This document shows, piece after piece, positions 11,601-25,500 of a stretch of 64,000 bases of DNA; position 1 is the stretch's first letter; every line of letters begins with the position of its first letter. Under the pieces are notes generated by a model, which was not told the origin of the DNA, made no database searches, and saw only the letters and a list, made by a program, of their open reading frames with translations. The stretch comes from Amoeboaphelidium protococcarum X5 (taxonomy: Eukaryota > Fungi > Aphelidiomycota). Where the stretch lies: positions 124,001-188,000 of the forward strand of contig JALDTO010000057.1 of the NCBI GenBank assembly GCA_023515725.1. Direction: 5' to 3'. The translations under genes and the position numbers were made by a program.

Positions 11601-11927
11601 GTTAGTCCACTATGACTTGGTTTTCAGTTTCTTTAAGTGATTTTTTATCCCTCTATTGATTAGGAATCATCTTTTCAAGTCCCAATTTGTAGTGCGGTAT
11701 CAGGTATACTTGTTGAACGAATGCGCTGTATTTAAGTAAAATTGAACTTTTTATAATGACTCTAACTAGATTCAACGTAAATAGTCAACAGAGAATGTTC
11801 ATAAGACTTGCCTCCAACCGATGGCTAATAACTTCCCCTTTTTCGCTATTTGAAGTGACTTTCCAATTTCACCGTTATTGATCAGTACTTACACCGATTT
11901 ATCGTTTATTTTCTGTGATATTTAGAG

Positions 11928-13421
11928 ATGGACCTTATAGATTTAATTAAGAAGAATAATGCGGAAGATGTGCGATAATATATTGCAAATATCGATCAGA
12001 TGGACATTCTGCTATACAAAGACGAACATCAAAGCTCAGCGATGCATTATGCAGCGCACAACAACAATGTTTTGATTTTGAAAATGCTTACAGACTGCTG
12101 CATAAGAATTGATCAATCCCAATTGCACTTGCTACTGAATACCGACTCTGATATTACTCCGCTCCATTTCGCTGTGAATAATAAGAGTTATCATGCTGTC
12201 AAGTTTCTTGTGAAGCAAGTTGGTGTGATTGATCTACTGCGAAAGGACATTTTTGACAAGACTGCACTGGATATGGCATATGATAACATTCCGATTCTAT
12301 TGATTTTACTACAAGCTATGCACTAATAATCTCTACCGATAAATCCACACCAAGTTCCTCCTATAGTAAGGCACCTTGTAACATCGAATAACTAAGATTC
12401 GCGGGGATACAAGCAGAATGATTATTCACATTTAAATATAGAATAATCAGGTAGATCAATGTCTGCGGCTGAGAGTCTTCGTGATGCTTCAGCTCCTTAT
12501 AATCTCAAGGCTATTGATCGAAGTTACCCTGGCAATAAGTTAGTCTCATTCATCATCCCTGTTGCACTCACTCTAATCTTTATATCTCTGATAGACAAGG
12601 TTAATGTATTCATACTTTATGCTGTGATGTGGATGTTGATATTTGCTTCTCTATGGCTATATGTGTGGTATTACAAGTTGCCAAAAATGCAAGTCTTATC
12701 CAACACTAACGCATCGATCTCTTTTGTCATATCTCAACTGGCCGTACTCTTTGTCTAATATGTATACATTGTCGCTTCGATATACGCAGAAGTATCACTT
12801 ACATATGCTCTGTGGATTGTATGTGCTCCCTCACTGTTATTCGCCCTCACCTCTTGGTCTCTATATCGAACTGCTGTCTCTGATCCCGGTCGCAGTCAAC
12901 TCCCATCTAATGTGGGGGAATTAAATCTTATAGAATCTGCCGATAATGAATGGAATATATGTGCAAAGTGTCTCGCTGTGAAGAGTGATCGTATGTACCA
13001 TGATAATCATTCACATCGTTGCGTGTCGCGATTCGATCACTGGTGTCCATGGACATACAATTCTATCGGTCTTTAGAATCATCGGTATTTTATCTACTTT
13101 CTAGCTGGTCTTGTGGGTGGATGTATCACTTTATTACAGTTGTATTCGCAGTTCTTTAGAGTCTATCCGGGGGCTGTGAGTAGATCGTTTTATGCTGAAT
13201 TCTACTTTATGATACTGCTCGCGGTAATGTGTGGCCTGCTCTTAATTTTCTAGTTGTATTTCATAGCGATTAATATGACAACGTTGGAATATTAGTTACA
13301 AGTCTTCCGATCTGATCATAATCCTCATGATGCTGGAGTTATTGGTAATCTTTGGATGTTCTTTTGCAGCCCACTTTAGTCATAGTAATTCGCGTCCAAG
13401 TAGAGCTATCTGCCTTTATGA
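11928..13421 (+). CDS. Ankyrin-repeat DHHC-family palmitoyltransferase (Akr1-like; DHWC motif)
   Basis: Ankyrin repeats (SAMHYAA, TPLHFAV, KTALDMA), TM helices, DPG, CAKC...[31 protein letters not shown]. Confidence 0.88.
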
Positions 13422-13569
13422 TCAAGTTCCCATTGATTTTAATGCGAACATAGATGATGTTAATATGCATATATGTTTATGTGTATATTTGCTTTATTCA
13501 TAATAATTTCATTATCATTAACTTGGGATTAATCAATTTTACCTTGATCTGTATAATTACTACTGGTGA

Positions 13570-16158
13570 ATGAATAGTCAACAACAGTATTTTGTTCCCA
13601 CGATTAGACAGATCTGCGTCGGAATTAGCGTTTTTGTTGTCGCGGGAACTTTTTCTATCTCTTCCTGCGCCTGCCTGTCAAGGTGTTACTCAACGTTGAT
13701 ACGTTTACGTGATTTACTACTCTGGTGGTTATTATAACTAATAAATAGCATCGCTCTGTACAAGAAGATGGATTAGCATTCGATTTACATTAATTAAACA
13801 ATTTTGGAGATCTTCGGTGGTCTCTTTAAGGATTCCAAGGTGTTTGTGGACAGCTGCCTAGTGGTTGAACCTGCAAAGTTTCATGCTATCCTCTTGTAAG
13901 AGTATTATCAGCGCAATGGTAGCAGCGATGAGTCTAATACCACTCTTCATGAACTGTACAACAAGTACTTTAAGCCTCCGCATGAATCGTATGCTCCTAC
14001 TGCTCTCTCCATCGTTGATTATGGAAGTTAAGATGAACAGAGTATGGTTGAACCTGCTCTGCCGGCAGCATCATCGCCATTCCATGACTGGTCCAAATTT
14101 CTATTTAAAGTGTATCGCCTGCTGTTGAGACATCCCAAGCTGGTATCTGATGGGGAGCGGCGATGTATCACGGATTCTCTGATAAAGACAGAGTATCCAT
14201 ACGTGGTGCCTGGTGGAAGATTTACTGAGGCGTATTACTGGGACACTTTCTGGATGTTGAAAGGATTGGTATTACCACATCGTGCTGGACTGGATCAGCT
14301 CTTTGTAGGAGATCAAGTGCGACGTGGAATTCTACTGAATATGAAGCAGTTTGTGTTGCAGTATGGCTTTGTACCAAATGGTAATAGAATCTATTATCTG
14401 AATAGATCTTAGCCGCCTCTACTTACTCTTATGGTTGTGGATGAGATGAAGCGATTATAGTATGATTAAGCCATTCAGCTACTGCGTGAAATAATTGAAG
14501 CATTGGATAAAGAGTATCAATGGTGGATGAATTATAGATCTCATAACATGTCAGGTACTGATGGTATTGCTAAAGTTAATGTCAATGTGTATAATGTTAG
14601 TAACTATGATCCTAGACCGGAATCTTACAAAGAGGATCTACATCTGTGGAAGTAGATTAATAGTAGTGGTATTCGATCATCATCCAGTTTGTATTCTTCA
14701 ATTGCCTCAGTGGCTGAATCTGGATGGGATTTCTCTTCTAGATGGTTCGATTCGACAATGTATGACAAGGTGGATATTAAACTTGCCTCCTCCAATCCAT
14801 AATCTGTCGTTCCTATAGATTTGAATTCTATTATGCTTGCTAATGAACGTTATCTCGCTCGATTTCATTTATTACTTGAATGCTTAGAGTTATAGTTGAC
14901 AGGTGATTAATGTCAGAAGATATATGAATAATTCATCTTGGATACTCTGCATCGTGGTCAAGCTCTGGACTCTGTGGTTGAGCAGTATCAATACTCTAAT
15001 AAGACTGGATCTTAAATTCAAGCAACAGACACTTCTAGAAAGTGGAATAAGTATCGCTCGTATTATTCGCAATAGTTGAGGCAGAGGAGTAGGTACATTT
15101 ATGAAAAAATGTTCAACTCTCAGACTGGCGAATTTTTTGATTTGGACTTGAACACTGGCTCGTAGAAAGTGTATCCGTATTCCCAATACCTCTCAGTGTT
15201 CTATCCACTCTGGCTATAGGTGTACAATTCATCAGACACTGCGCAAGTTGACCTAATTGAAAAGTCTGTCGACCGTGCACTTTAAGACTATCTCAAATAT
15301 CCTGGTGGTATTCCATCGTCACTGGTGCAGAGTGGCGAGTAGTGGGACCTGCCTAATGCTTGGCCTCCCCTGGTGTGGATTCTGACTGAAGGCTTGTTGA
15401 ATCTACCACCATCATTAGCTTCCTCTTCTGTTGTCAATAATAATAATAATAATAATAACAGTCAAGCGAATTATCTAGCCTAGAAATACGTACCTCTCAT
15501 TGTACAGTAGTGGATAAATACAACGTATTGTGGGTGGAGGCTGGCTAATCCGCGCAAGCACGTTCCCACTCATGATGAATACGTCCAGACTCTAGTAAAG
15601 AGAGACTTGGGCTTATTGTCATCTCCGTCTGGTTAGTCGCAATATTCTAATAATAGTAAGGGAAACTCATCGAATGCTCAACCGTCATCTTCGTATTCTT
15701 CAATGCCTGGTATGTATGAAAAGTATGATGTCACACGGATCGGAGTGCCTGGTATAGGTGGCGAGTATGTTGTACAAGATGGATTTGGATGGACCAATGG
15801 TGTGGTGTTGGATTACTTGAGACGATTCAGTAAATGGGAAAATCGAAATCATACATTACCGGATTGGTTTAGATATGACGGTGAGCTGGAGATGCTTTAA
15901 TGGTAGGATGGTTTGTAATTACCAAGTGATTCATTTTGTGGAGTAAAGTCTGCATCGAATAATAACACTTCCTTGAAAGATACTGGTATCACTTCTGGTG
16001 GAGGATCTAATGCGGTAGCTTTGTAAATAATCTTATCATTCGTTCTGGTAGCATCAGTAGCTGCTGCCATTATAGCTGTAGTTGTAAATAGAAACAGATG
16101 GAGAAAGAACTAATAGTACCATTAGATTGAAGAATATGAATTTAGTACCAAGCCTTGA
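13570..16158 (+). CDS. GH37 alpha,alpha-trehalase with C-terminal transmembrane anchor
   Basis: [30 protein letters not shown] (Q=TAG), [29 protein letters not shown] (Q=TAG), QDGFGWTNG; hydrophobic [20 protein letters not shown] near the end. Start codon uncertain. Confidence 0.92.
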
Positions 16159-16258
16159 TTAATCACTGTACTATATATGCATAACTCCTAATTAATGGTT
16201 AAAGCCTTAGGAAATGATCGCCTTGTTGAAAATATACAAATATTATGTACTATTCAAA

Positions 16259-17872
16259 TCAATTATCATTATCAACAAGACTGTTACTTGACTGTTACTT
16301 TTCTATTTTGATTATTAGTCTGCTTCTCTTGTCAGTATCTGAGAATATAGAGCGGATCCATTGAACAAGTTCTTACGGTTATAAATGACAATCACGATTA
16401 GTGTTATTATCGAAATGTTACTCAATTGTGGACAAGGACCAGATCAGAATAGACGCGATTTCTCTTAACTTATAAAACTAATGAGGAAGAATATCATCAA
16501 CTGTAATCATCTATAAGGCAGTTTTACTTTCAACGGATTATTACGACTAATTGATATCAATTGTACCGGATTTAGGCGCAGATAGTAGAGATAGAGATTG
16601 CTCAACTCGTTATAAATTCTACAATTCATCTTAAAATAATTTTTGCAACTTGTCCAGGTATCCAAAGCTGCTACTCATCATCATTAAAGCATCATTCTAA
16701 TCTTATTAATCGCTATCATTATCCGGGAGCAGTAAGAGATAATGCAATACTTCGCACTACGATGAAGTCAAGTCACCACCATTTTATTCAAGCAGACGCT
16801 ATACAATATGCTCATTTACAGACTCGGATACAATGCTGATCATCTTGCTCAGAGTCAATAGGTACATGGATGGGGATAGAATGGACTTGGTACCTCTGCA
16901 CAAGGATTTAAGCAGATGCAACTATTACTTCAACGCCCGCTCAACATCTACCAAGAGTTCCTCTTCCTAATCCATTTTGGTAATATCAACATCTTGCACA
17001 CTGAATAATTCAAGTAAGACAGAGTTAAATTCTTACTGCTACTATGATACCACCTCTTCCCACAAGCTGACAGCCTAATTGAGTAATTTCATCTCATAAT
17101 CATGTAGTTGAGGAGCAGGTGGAAGACTATGAGTGATGCACATCAAATCATTGTATAATTGCAGTTTACCAGCAGGTAAATCATACAATTTCAACTTCTT
17201 CAACTATTGTGGCATAAGTAAGCAGAACGCGTCTATGGCAACTCTCCATTCCAACATGGCAGTACTATTATGACACTCTTCTATTTACAAAAGTCTTTCC
17301 ATGACCAGGAACGCTGCTCTAGATACTTTACATCGCTCCACCTTATTATTGCTATCTACTATTATAGACGGAGGTTATACAAGATCGGCACTGTACTTGC
17401 CAACATACTCTATAACCATAGTCACAATCTGGGTGCAATCATAATGTAATACCTAGTCTAATTCTTACTTTATCTGAGCAATACATTCCAAATTGATTTG
17501 AAGATCTTTAAGCTGCGATTCTAATGCTTATAACTATAGACTCAATTCAAAGCTATTACGAGTACTCAACTTGGCATTAAGTACAATCTCGCCGACACTC
17601 TCCTATACCAGACGTTTACATTCCAACTATAGTTCACTCAGAGACTCTCCATCAAGTTCTTTCAGACGATTAGCAGTGGCAAGCTGGAGGGAACTTATTG
17701 ATAAATTGGAACTTACAAGTTGAGTAACGCTTTCCATATATCGTTGCATAAAGTAGTTTAATCTCTTGAGTGTACTGCGTGAATGATGTTTGGCTCTGTG
17801 TCCAGCGAAACAACTCAAAGATAGAATGAAGTGGTCAAGATCGATCATAAATTGAATTAAAGTCAAAATCAT
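16259..17872 (-). CDS. ZW10/Dsl1-like tethering/kinetochore protein (shortened)
   Basis: Continuous 537-aa frame in code 6 with ZW10 C-terminal patterns: CKVSRAAF, LYNDLMCITH, VERALKQ..LLKSL...ILSPSMY, KLREIASIL, ELVQWIRSIFSDTDKR. Start may be 17848. Confidence 0.7.
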
Positions 17873-17898
17873 AATAATTATAAAATTAAGGTTATATT

Positions 17899-18483
17899 TC
17901 AGAACAGAGTCTCTTCTTCACGTAGATATTCACCAACATCAGCCTGATGGAAGACAACAATACCGGTGGGATCAACGCGTTAACAGTCAATGGAGGACTT
18001 GGCAAAGACACCGAAACCTAATGGAGTTTCTCCATCATGAGCGTAAATCACAACACCAGATCCTTATGGTATCTCTGCAGATGCACTACTACCATTACCT
18101 CCACCGCTGGTAATCTTTTATAAATGTGCTTTTATCACGTGATTTCCATACAGAAATGGCATTTCACCTTACACCTTGAGCCATACTCGGTGGAGTGCGT
18201 GTGGAGCAATTACTTACAGAGCACCGATCTGCATATTGAATTTACCAGTCTTTGGCGATAGTTTTCCCATGCATGTACCAAGTGACATCAGTTCTTTCCT
18301 GCCGACATTGGTAGCTCTGAGCATGATATTCTGTGGCACATAGTAAATCTTGTCCTTATGTAGTCGGAAGCAGTGTGGCTCCTCTCCATCTTTACTCTCA
18401 ATCAAGTGCACAATATTCTTTCCAATATACTTGGCCAGTTTCTCAAATAGAGATCGTGTTTCCTACTCAGTTAATGGTCTCAT
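17899..18483 (-). CDS. NIP7: 60S ribosome biogenesis protein Nip7
   Basis: MRPLTEQETRSLFEKLAKYIG, FRLHKDKIYY, FLYGNHV, VFHQADVGEYLREEETLF-TGA. Confidence 0.96.
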
Positions 18484-18800
18484 TTAAATTATATTCGCTG
18501 ATGTTGTGAAACGATTTTGATCAATTTTATTACTTTTTCGGGGAGCTTTCTCTCTTGAGAGATCTTTTCCTAGTTTTTCAGTTTATGAAGCATCATCCCC
18601 TTTACATTTTGGATCTCGGTTTATTATCAATGTCTGACTGATTGATTGGTCTATCACTGGCGGCGCGAGAGAGCGAGGTGGAGAACGATCAACCTTAGGC
18701 TGAAAATTTTCTTTTGGGCTTCCATCAATTATTTACCGCAGTCGCGTCTTCTATTCGTCCTGATCAACACAGCGAATAATATATAAATTGATTATTAAAA

Positions 18801-19259
18801 ATGGTCACTCATTTAAAAAAGAACAGAAAGAAGCGTGGACACGTCAGCGCCGGCCATGGTCGTGTGGGTAAGCACAGAAAGCATCCGGGCGGTCGTGGTC
18901 TGGCTGGTGGTATGCACCATGAACGTACTAACATGGATAAATTTCACCCGGGTTACTTTGGTAAGGTTGGTATGCGTTACTTTCACAAAACCAACAACCA
19001 GTACTGGTGCGATACAATCAATCTGGATAAGTTGTGGAGTCTGGTTCCTGCTGAGGCTCGCGATAAGTACGTGTCTGCTGGTGCAAAGCCAAGCGACAGC
19101 AATGTTCCAATCATTGACACGCTCAAAGCTGGCTATGGAAAGGTTCTCGGCAATGGAAAGCTTCCTCAGGTGCCTCTTGTTGTGAAGGCAAGATATTTCA
19201 GTAGATAGGCTGAGCTCAAGATTAAGGCTGCCGGTGGTGCGTGTGTCTTGGTCGCTTGA
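18801..19259 (+). CDS. RPL28: 60S ribosomal protein uL15 (yeast L28 / human L27a)
   Basis: [34 protein letters not shown]. Reads through TAG 19206 into the conserved [14 protein letters not shown] tail; TGA stop. Confidence 0.97.
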
Positions 19260-19591
19260 TTTATCTATACATGAATTATATATAAATACATCGACTTTTA
19301 TACGCGTACTTGAATGGTTGAATTTTAATGCTATAACTTTATATTGAGATTGTGGAATGCCGCGTGTGTAGTTGATCGCATTGTATTTAATGAGTGTTGA
19401 TCACCACAGACGTTTTCGTTTTAATACGCGGCTACATTGATTGACCTCTTGAGTGCTCTAGCCGAGATTCTGTCTTTTATTTTCTATGGCTGCAATCCTA
19501 TTAGAGCACTCACATTTTCTCACCTTATTAATAACTCTAAAACTTTGAAAAAACTTGCACTATTCAAAATTGTATTTCAATGCAAAAATGG

Positions 19592-20800
19592 TCATTCAGT
19601 GTCAACAATTCTAGCAATTCTGGACGTCTTCATCCAGTTGCGAGCATTCTGAGTGTGAATGTTAAATCTGCCGCCATAGAAAGCTGAAGTCGCGTCTTGG
19701 AACATGAATTTCTCAATCAACGTCTCGCCGCCAGGATGAAGTTTTACGATTTCAGAAACGTCAACTACGCACTGATCAATGACTATCCATTACGTGCAAT
19801 TGAAAATACATTCTCTGTTCTTAATACTAGTCTTTGACACCAAAGGGAGTTTTGCATCGTCAAATATCTCCTCTTCCGGCTTGCCCAGCAGATCCTTCTC
19901 CATCGTGACCGTTCTGGCGAGTTATATCATCCGATCAGGAGTCTGTTTCAGATCAAACGCCCCAATTCCCAATGGCAACATACTTAATCCGGCAATAAGC
20001 CATTTAGTTGGATCCCAGTCGAACCAGTTTATACCATTCCGGTAGTCTTGCGGAAACTCATGATGAAAGTTATGGTGCGCCTCTCCATTAGTGACAAACG
20101 CGAGCAGTAAATTACCGCGCGAAGTATTGTCGTGCGAGAACGGCTGGTCACCTAGCATGTGAGCAAAGCTATTGATGCAAAATGTCGCATGCCATATCAA
20201 AAGACGCGACACGTATCCAGCATAAAGGAATCCGCCAAAATAATCACCCCACAGCGAACCCGCTAACACGGTAGGTAACGCGATTCCGCACGTAAGAGCA
20301 AGAGGCACATAGTAACGATGCTGGAACACAACTATCGCATCCGAGTCAAGATCCGACATATCAACCATCTTTGCCAACTGATACTGTGGATTCTGGAAAG
20401 TCCACGTAATATGAGAGAGCCAGAATCCTCTTTTGGCGTTGTACGGATCGTTCTCAGTGTCCGTGTAGCGATGATGCAAACGATGACGCATCACCCACCA
20501 TCTGATACTTCCCTAGAAGCCAAGAGTTCCTGCAAAAGCTAGTGCTAACTTGAGCGGAATTGATGCCTTGTACGCTTTATGAGACCAGAGTCTATGGTAG
20601 CCCATAGTGATTCCAAGCGTGGCAATTTACCATACTGCATAAGTAAGCCATAAAGTGGAGCGGTGGACCGTAGATGGCCGGTACATGCAGACTCCGACCA
20701 GGGACACCAGATGAACAAACACTATGAACGCTCCGTTGACCCACCACAAGGACTGACTTTTATTGTTGCCGAGTGTAGCCTAAATTGTCGTTGCAGCCAT
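19592..20800 (-). CDS. OLE1: Delta-9 acyl-CoA desaturase fused to cytochrome b5 (Ole1-like)
   Basis: His boxes [22 protein letters not shown]; WDPTKW; C-terminal b5 domain with HPGG. Confidence 0.93.
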
Positions 20801-21067
20801 ATTCGTACTATTATAGCCGGTTTGGTGCAGAGTTTAAAATTTAAGCTTCGAAGACTAACAAAAATCAATCTTGTCGAACTTTCACACGTTGGCGCCCGTG
20901 AATAATCAGCACTGCCAGCTGACTCATCAAGTGATATTCTAAAGGGCTATGTGAACTATTAAGGATCGAAATGTAAATCATAAAAGAAACTATAAATAAA
21001 CGGAGATACTATGATAATTTTAAATGTATTTACGATGCTTTCAATCGAATCGAAGAGAAAAGGAATA

Positions 21068-22306
21068 TCACTATTATGCACACTAAACTTGTGGACCGTG
21101 ATCGTGATCTTCATCCATATCATCACTATTAGCATAGGCACCACCGCGACTTCCACTGCCACCAAATTTCTTTCCATTCTCAACATTACTGAGCACGTAT
21201 TCATCCACATCTTTAGAAGTCAAATCCGGAAGAGCAGGACGTGCCGGAAGAATCTTCTCCAATGATTTGAGCTGTGCCGGGGTGAAAGAGTTTGGAGCAG
21301 GGAACTTAATGTCAAACTAAAGATAAAGATCACCATAGTCTTATGAACGCTTGTAAATAGGCATTCCTTCACCAGGAATAGTTTTCAAATCTCCAGGCTT
21401 GATAACTTCTCCAGGTACGATAGTGACTAGAGCAATGTGGCCATCCAAATGCTCAATAGCCATCTTACCACCAGCCAGAGCAGTGAGAAGATCAATCTCG
21501 GCTTTATAAATTAAATCATCATTCTTTCTAGAAAACTTTGGATGCTCCTTCTCATCAAGCACAATAACAACATCACCTGGCTGTACACCTGGCTGCTGAT
21601 CACCTTCACCGTTGAATACAATCTTCTGGCCATCCTTCATACCGCGTTCAATGTGTACTTCAAGCACCTTCTTGTCGCCACGAATCTTTTTACCGACACA
21701 AGTCTTACACCTGTCCTTCTCCCTGATCACCTATCCCTCACCATTACACTCATTACACACTTGTTGCATCTACTGAACCATGGGACCAAACTGGCGAAGA
21801 GTCACCTTGACACCAGTACCGCGACAACCACCACAATCGGAGACGGCACCCTCCTTACCACCTCTGCCATTACAGTCGGAGCACAGGACATTCTTCTACA
21901 AGGCCAACTTGGCAGTCTTTCCCTTGTACAAATCTTCCAGAGAGACGCGCAACTGATGGATCATGTCTTTGCCGCGTTTCGGCCCGCTTGATCGGCCTCC
22001 TCTGCCGGCGCCGCCAAAGAAACTTCCGCCAAAGATGTTGGAGAACAAATCCTCGGCATTCATCCCACCACCCATACCGCCCTGTCCATTCAGTCCCTCT
22101 TCACCGTAGCGGTCATAAATCTCACGCTTCTGCGGGTCTGAGAGCACTTCATACGCATGACTGATCTCTTTGAATTGATCTCCAGCATCTGGATTTTTGT
22201 CTGGATGATAACGCAGTGCCAATTTTCTGTAGCTCTTCTTCAAGTCTGCATCAGAGGCATCCGGCTTCACCTCCAACAAGTCATATAATTTAGTTTCTTT
22301 AGGCAT
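21068..22306 (-). CDS. YDJ1: Type I Hsp40/DnaJ co-chaperone Ydj1/DNAJA
   Basis: J domain with HPD, G/F region, CxxCxGxG zinc-finger repeats, C-terminal CaaX box CAQQ encoded TGT GCA TAA TAG followed by TGA. Alternative start 22315. Confidence 0.96.
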
Positions 22307-22588
22307 TCTAGTCATTAGTAAAATTATTCGTAAATTTCTATACTTTAATCAGGGTAATAAAAACTAGACCTTTTTAATAATCGACAGCTTCTAATATTTA
22401 GTCTGTTAGAAAGGAGGCCGCGCTGTGTTGAAAGAGCAAAATCTCATGAAAACTGATCGAAATCGAAGGATCGCGTTGGAACATTTTATCAACGCGGTGA
22501 CAGTCAGGCCTCTTGTCGATGAACAATAGTTGAAGAAATATGAAAATCCAAAGAGACATAAATCAATAAAATGTCATTGACAGTATCA

Positions 22589-25500
22589 TCATTCATTAGT
22601 TATAGTGTGGGTGGAGTGATAGACAAGTCCACCAGATTCAAAAAGTTCCTTTACTTTATTACGATCCTTGTCTGATCCGTTGCGATTCTTGGGTATAGAG
22701 TCAATGGCGACGAAGACAATCTTACTAGGTACCAGTTAAAAGTCATCCAGTAACGCGTTAACAATAACAGGAACACAACCAGGGCCATATTTATCCGCAT
22801 TCTCTAGTTCAACCACAATCACAGGCTTAGAAAGGAATTGACTAGAGATTGCAGCAGCTTGTTTTACGCAGTGATGGCTTCTTTCCACAGACAGTTCCAA
22901 ATCACGGGGGAAGTAATACCGAGTAGCCTACCTGCCATGATCAATGACATCTAGAGCAATCATATCATCGGCTCGTCCAATGATCACCAACACATGACTG
23001 TCAATTAAAGTGATAGCCGAAGTCTTAAAACAGGGAATAGATGCAGGCTGCAGAAAACCAATGAAGCCAGTGTTTATAAATCCCTCCCCTTCCAAACCAA
23101 AATGGCTGGGAAGATTCAATGTAACATCGGAATGAAGAGTGTCTTTGGAATCGCCACCATCCAACTGATAATGTTTATAAACCACATCAGCATTCGCGGG
23201 ACTCTAGATATAAACTTCGCCAAAAGTACCGGGCAAGCAAATTTCCTGTGTGCCAATAGAGCATACAGCTACAGCAGAGCACGGCAACACTCTTCCAACA
23301 TCCAAGAGCTAGATACAGTCATATTCTCCATGTTCACCAAACTCCAATCTCCCACCTGCCAGGGACTTCATTCTTAAAAAAAGTTATTGCTGATCGGCAT
23401 TGATGAAACTTCTACTTGCCAGGAAGGGATTTACGCAATCCACCAGTGTAGAGGCGACAGCATCCATATCAAGCTCAAAAGGTCTCAAACTCTGAGATGA
23501 CTGAGAATTGGAGGTCAAAGGAGCGCGATCGGTCAGTATAGTCTGGATGTTACGTAGATTGTATATCTCAACTGGTTTACTATTTATTTTGATTTAGATG
23601 CACGATTTCTGAAGCTTCCTCAACATTGGCTGTGTAAGAAATGCATTGGTAGAAGACACTTTATGCTACAGCTCTAGCCAGGATTATGGATGCTGAGCAA
23701 AGTCCTTTAGCGGATAATACGACGTAACGTAACCAACGTAAATACCTGCAAGAGAACTGTACAAGAGGCTCAGAGTATCATTCAACTCTGTCGAACAGCA
23801 AATGACTTCACTGGCCTTGAGATTAAGAAACTCTTTCAGTATAGTACATTAAGCCATAATGGTATCGTGACTAAGCCCTGTTGCATTGTACGACGTATCA
23901 TCCACAATCTAGATATGAAGTAGCGCATACTTCTTTTCAGACAACGCGTAGGCAGCATTGCGATGATACGCAGCATCCATAGTCTTGAGGACTTTTGGGC
24001 ATAGAGAAGTATTGATGAGCTCTGGCAACTGAAAAGAATCCTTCTCTCCCAGACTACCAAAGTTGGATTTCAGACATTGTTAGAACGCGCGACTTTTAAT
24101 CGTATCAATACCTTCATCGTTTGAGAGAATACCTGCAACATTATACGATTTGAGGACATCAATAATCAATGGAACAATCTGCAATAATCGATCAACTTGC
24201 GCAGGCACAGTAATCACAACAGGGACAACTCCATAATAGAGACAAGCGTGTAAAGCTACGGCAAAATCCAATCCAGGCTAATAAAATAGCAGAAGTTTGG
24301 TATCTCCGTTAAAATTCTTCTTCTCAAAAAGTGCTGCAATTCTAGCAACTTTCTCACTAATCTTCTAATACGTAATAGATCTGACCTCTTTCCCTTTATG
24401 ATCGACAAGTTGGAAAGCTATAGACTTGGGCTACTTTTCAATGCGCCAAATCAAAAGCCTAGATATAGACTCAAATTCCAATAAATCCTGCCCACTCTCA
24501 ACGTCCAATGTGCCTTTACCTTTTCCAATACTGCCTGCCGCATTGCCATCGCATACCTAATACTAAGTACTGCTAGCGAATCGACTCTACATAACTTTGC
24601 CAAGGCGTTATTAAGGATTGTCCACTTATATCGCCAACTCATCTTCATCATCATCACCAAATTAGCCTAAAAACTTTGGTAGGCGCTAAACGGAATTCTC
24701 CAGATTCAAATGGAATACAATAATATCAAGCAGACCAACATCGATCATCTTACGAGTCTGATGAACATTTACACTCTTGTCAACATTACAAGGGAGCGAC
24801 TTTTATGCACAAAAAACCACCAGATAAACATTGATATTGCATTATTATCGCAAAAAGTCGGCAATCTTTGTGCCATAACTTTACAGTTCGATCTTACCAG
24901 TATGAGTGGAAACTTCACACACGATAACACACAACTCTTCATCATTTAAATAAATAGGAAATGATACACACTATTAAACTACTCCAAAACTTTTCACCAC
25001 TGCCTAATTTATATCAAAACTATAATGATGACGCGGCGCTCCATCTGAATCCATAAGTTCCATTCTTTCACCAACACACCCAATACTGTAGAAATTGCCA
25101 TCTTTCATGAAGCCGTACAAACCTGTACGAGTAAAATTGCCTTCTGCAGCCGAAAAAGCCATTTGGGCATTGAAGGTGTGAGTTGTAGCAACAGAATTCT
25201 TATAGAAGGCAAACGGGAGACAATCACCGCTGACCCACAGCTCTCCCACTCGCATTTCTGACACCACTTTGTTACAATCTTCCGACGTATCGACTATGGC
25301 ACACCGCAAACCGGGCAGGATACATCCAGAATCAGAAACTTTAATGCAGTCAGATCCATCATACTACTTGATAATATCGAAATCAAGACTACTTAACGCA
25401 ATACCAAGAGGTGTAGAATCCACATTTTTATCCTCAACAGTTCTCATCGCGACAACTAAGCCCCCGATTTCACTTATTGAACTCACAGGCGTCAAGTTTG

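Noticed and set aside
21068-21076. Context-dependent termination at TAA/TAG near gene ends (several genes end TAR-TGA)
   Set aside because: The Ydj1 CaaX box needs both terminal TAA and TAG read as amino acids, and every complete gene still has a TGA.
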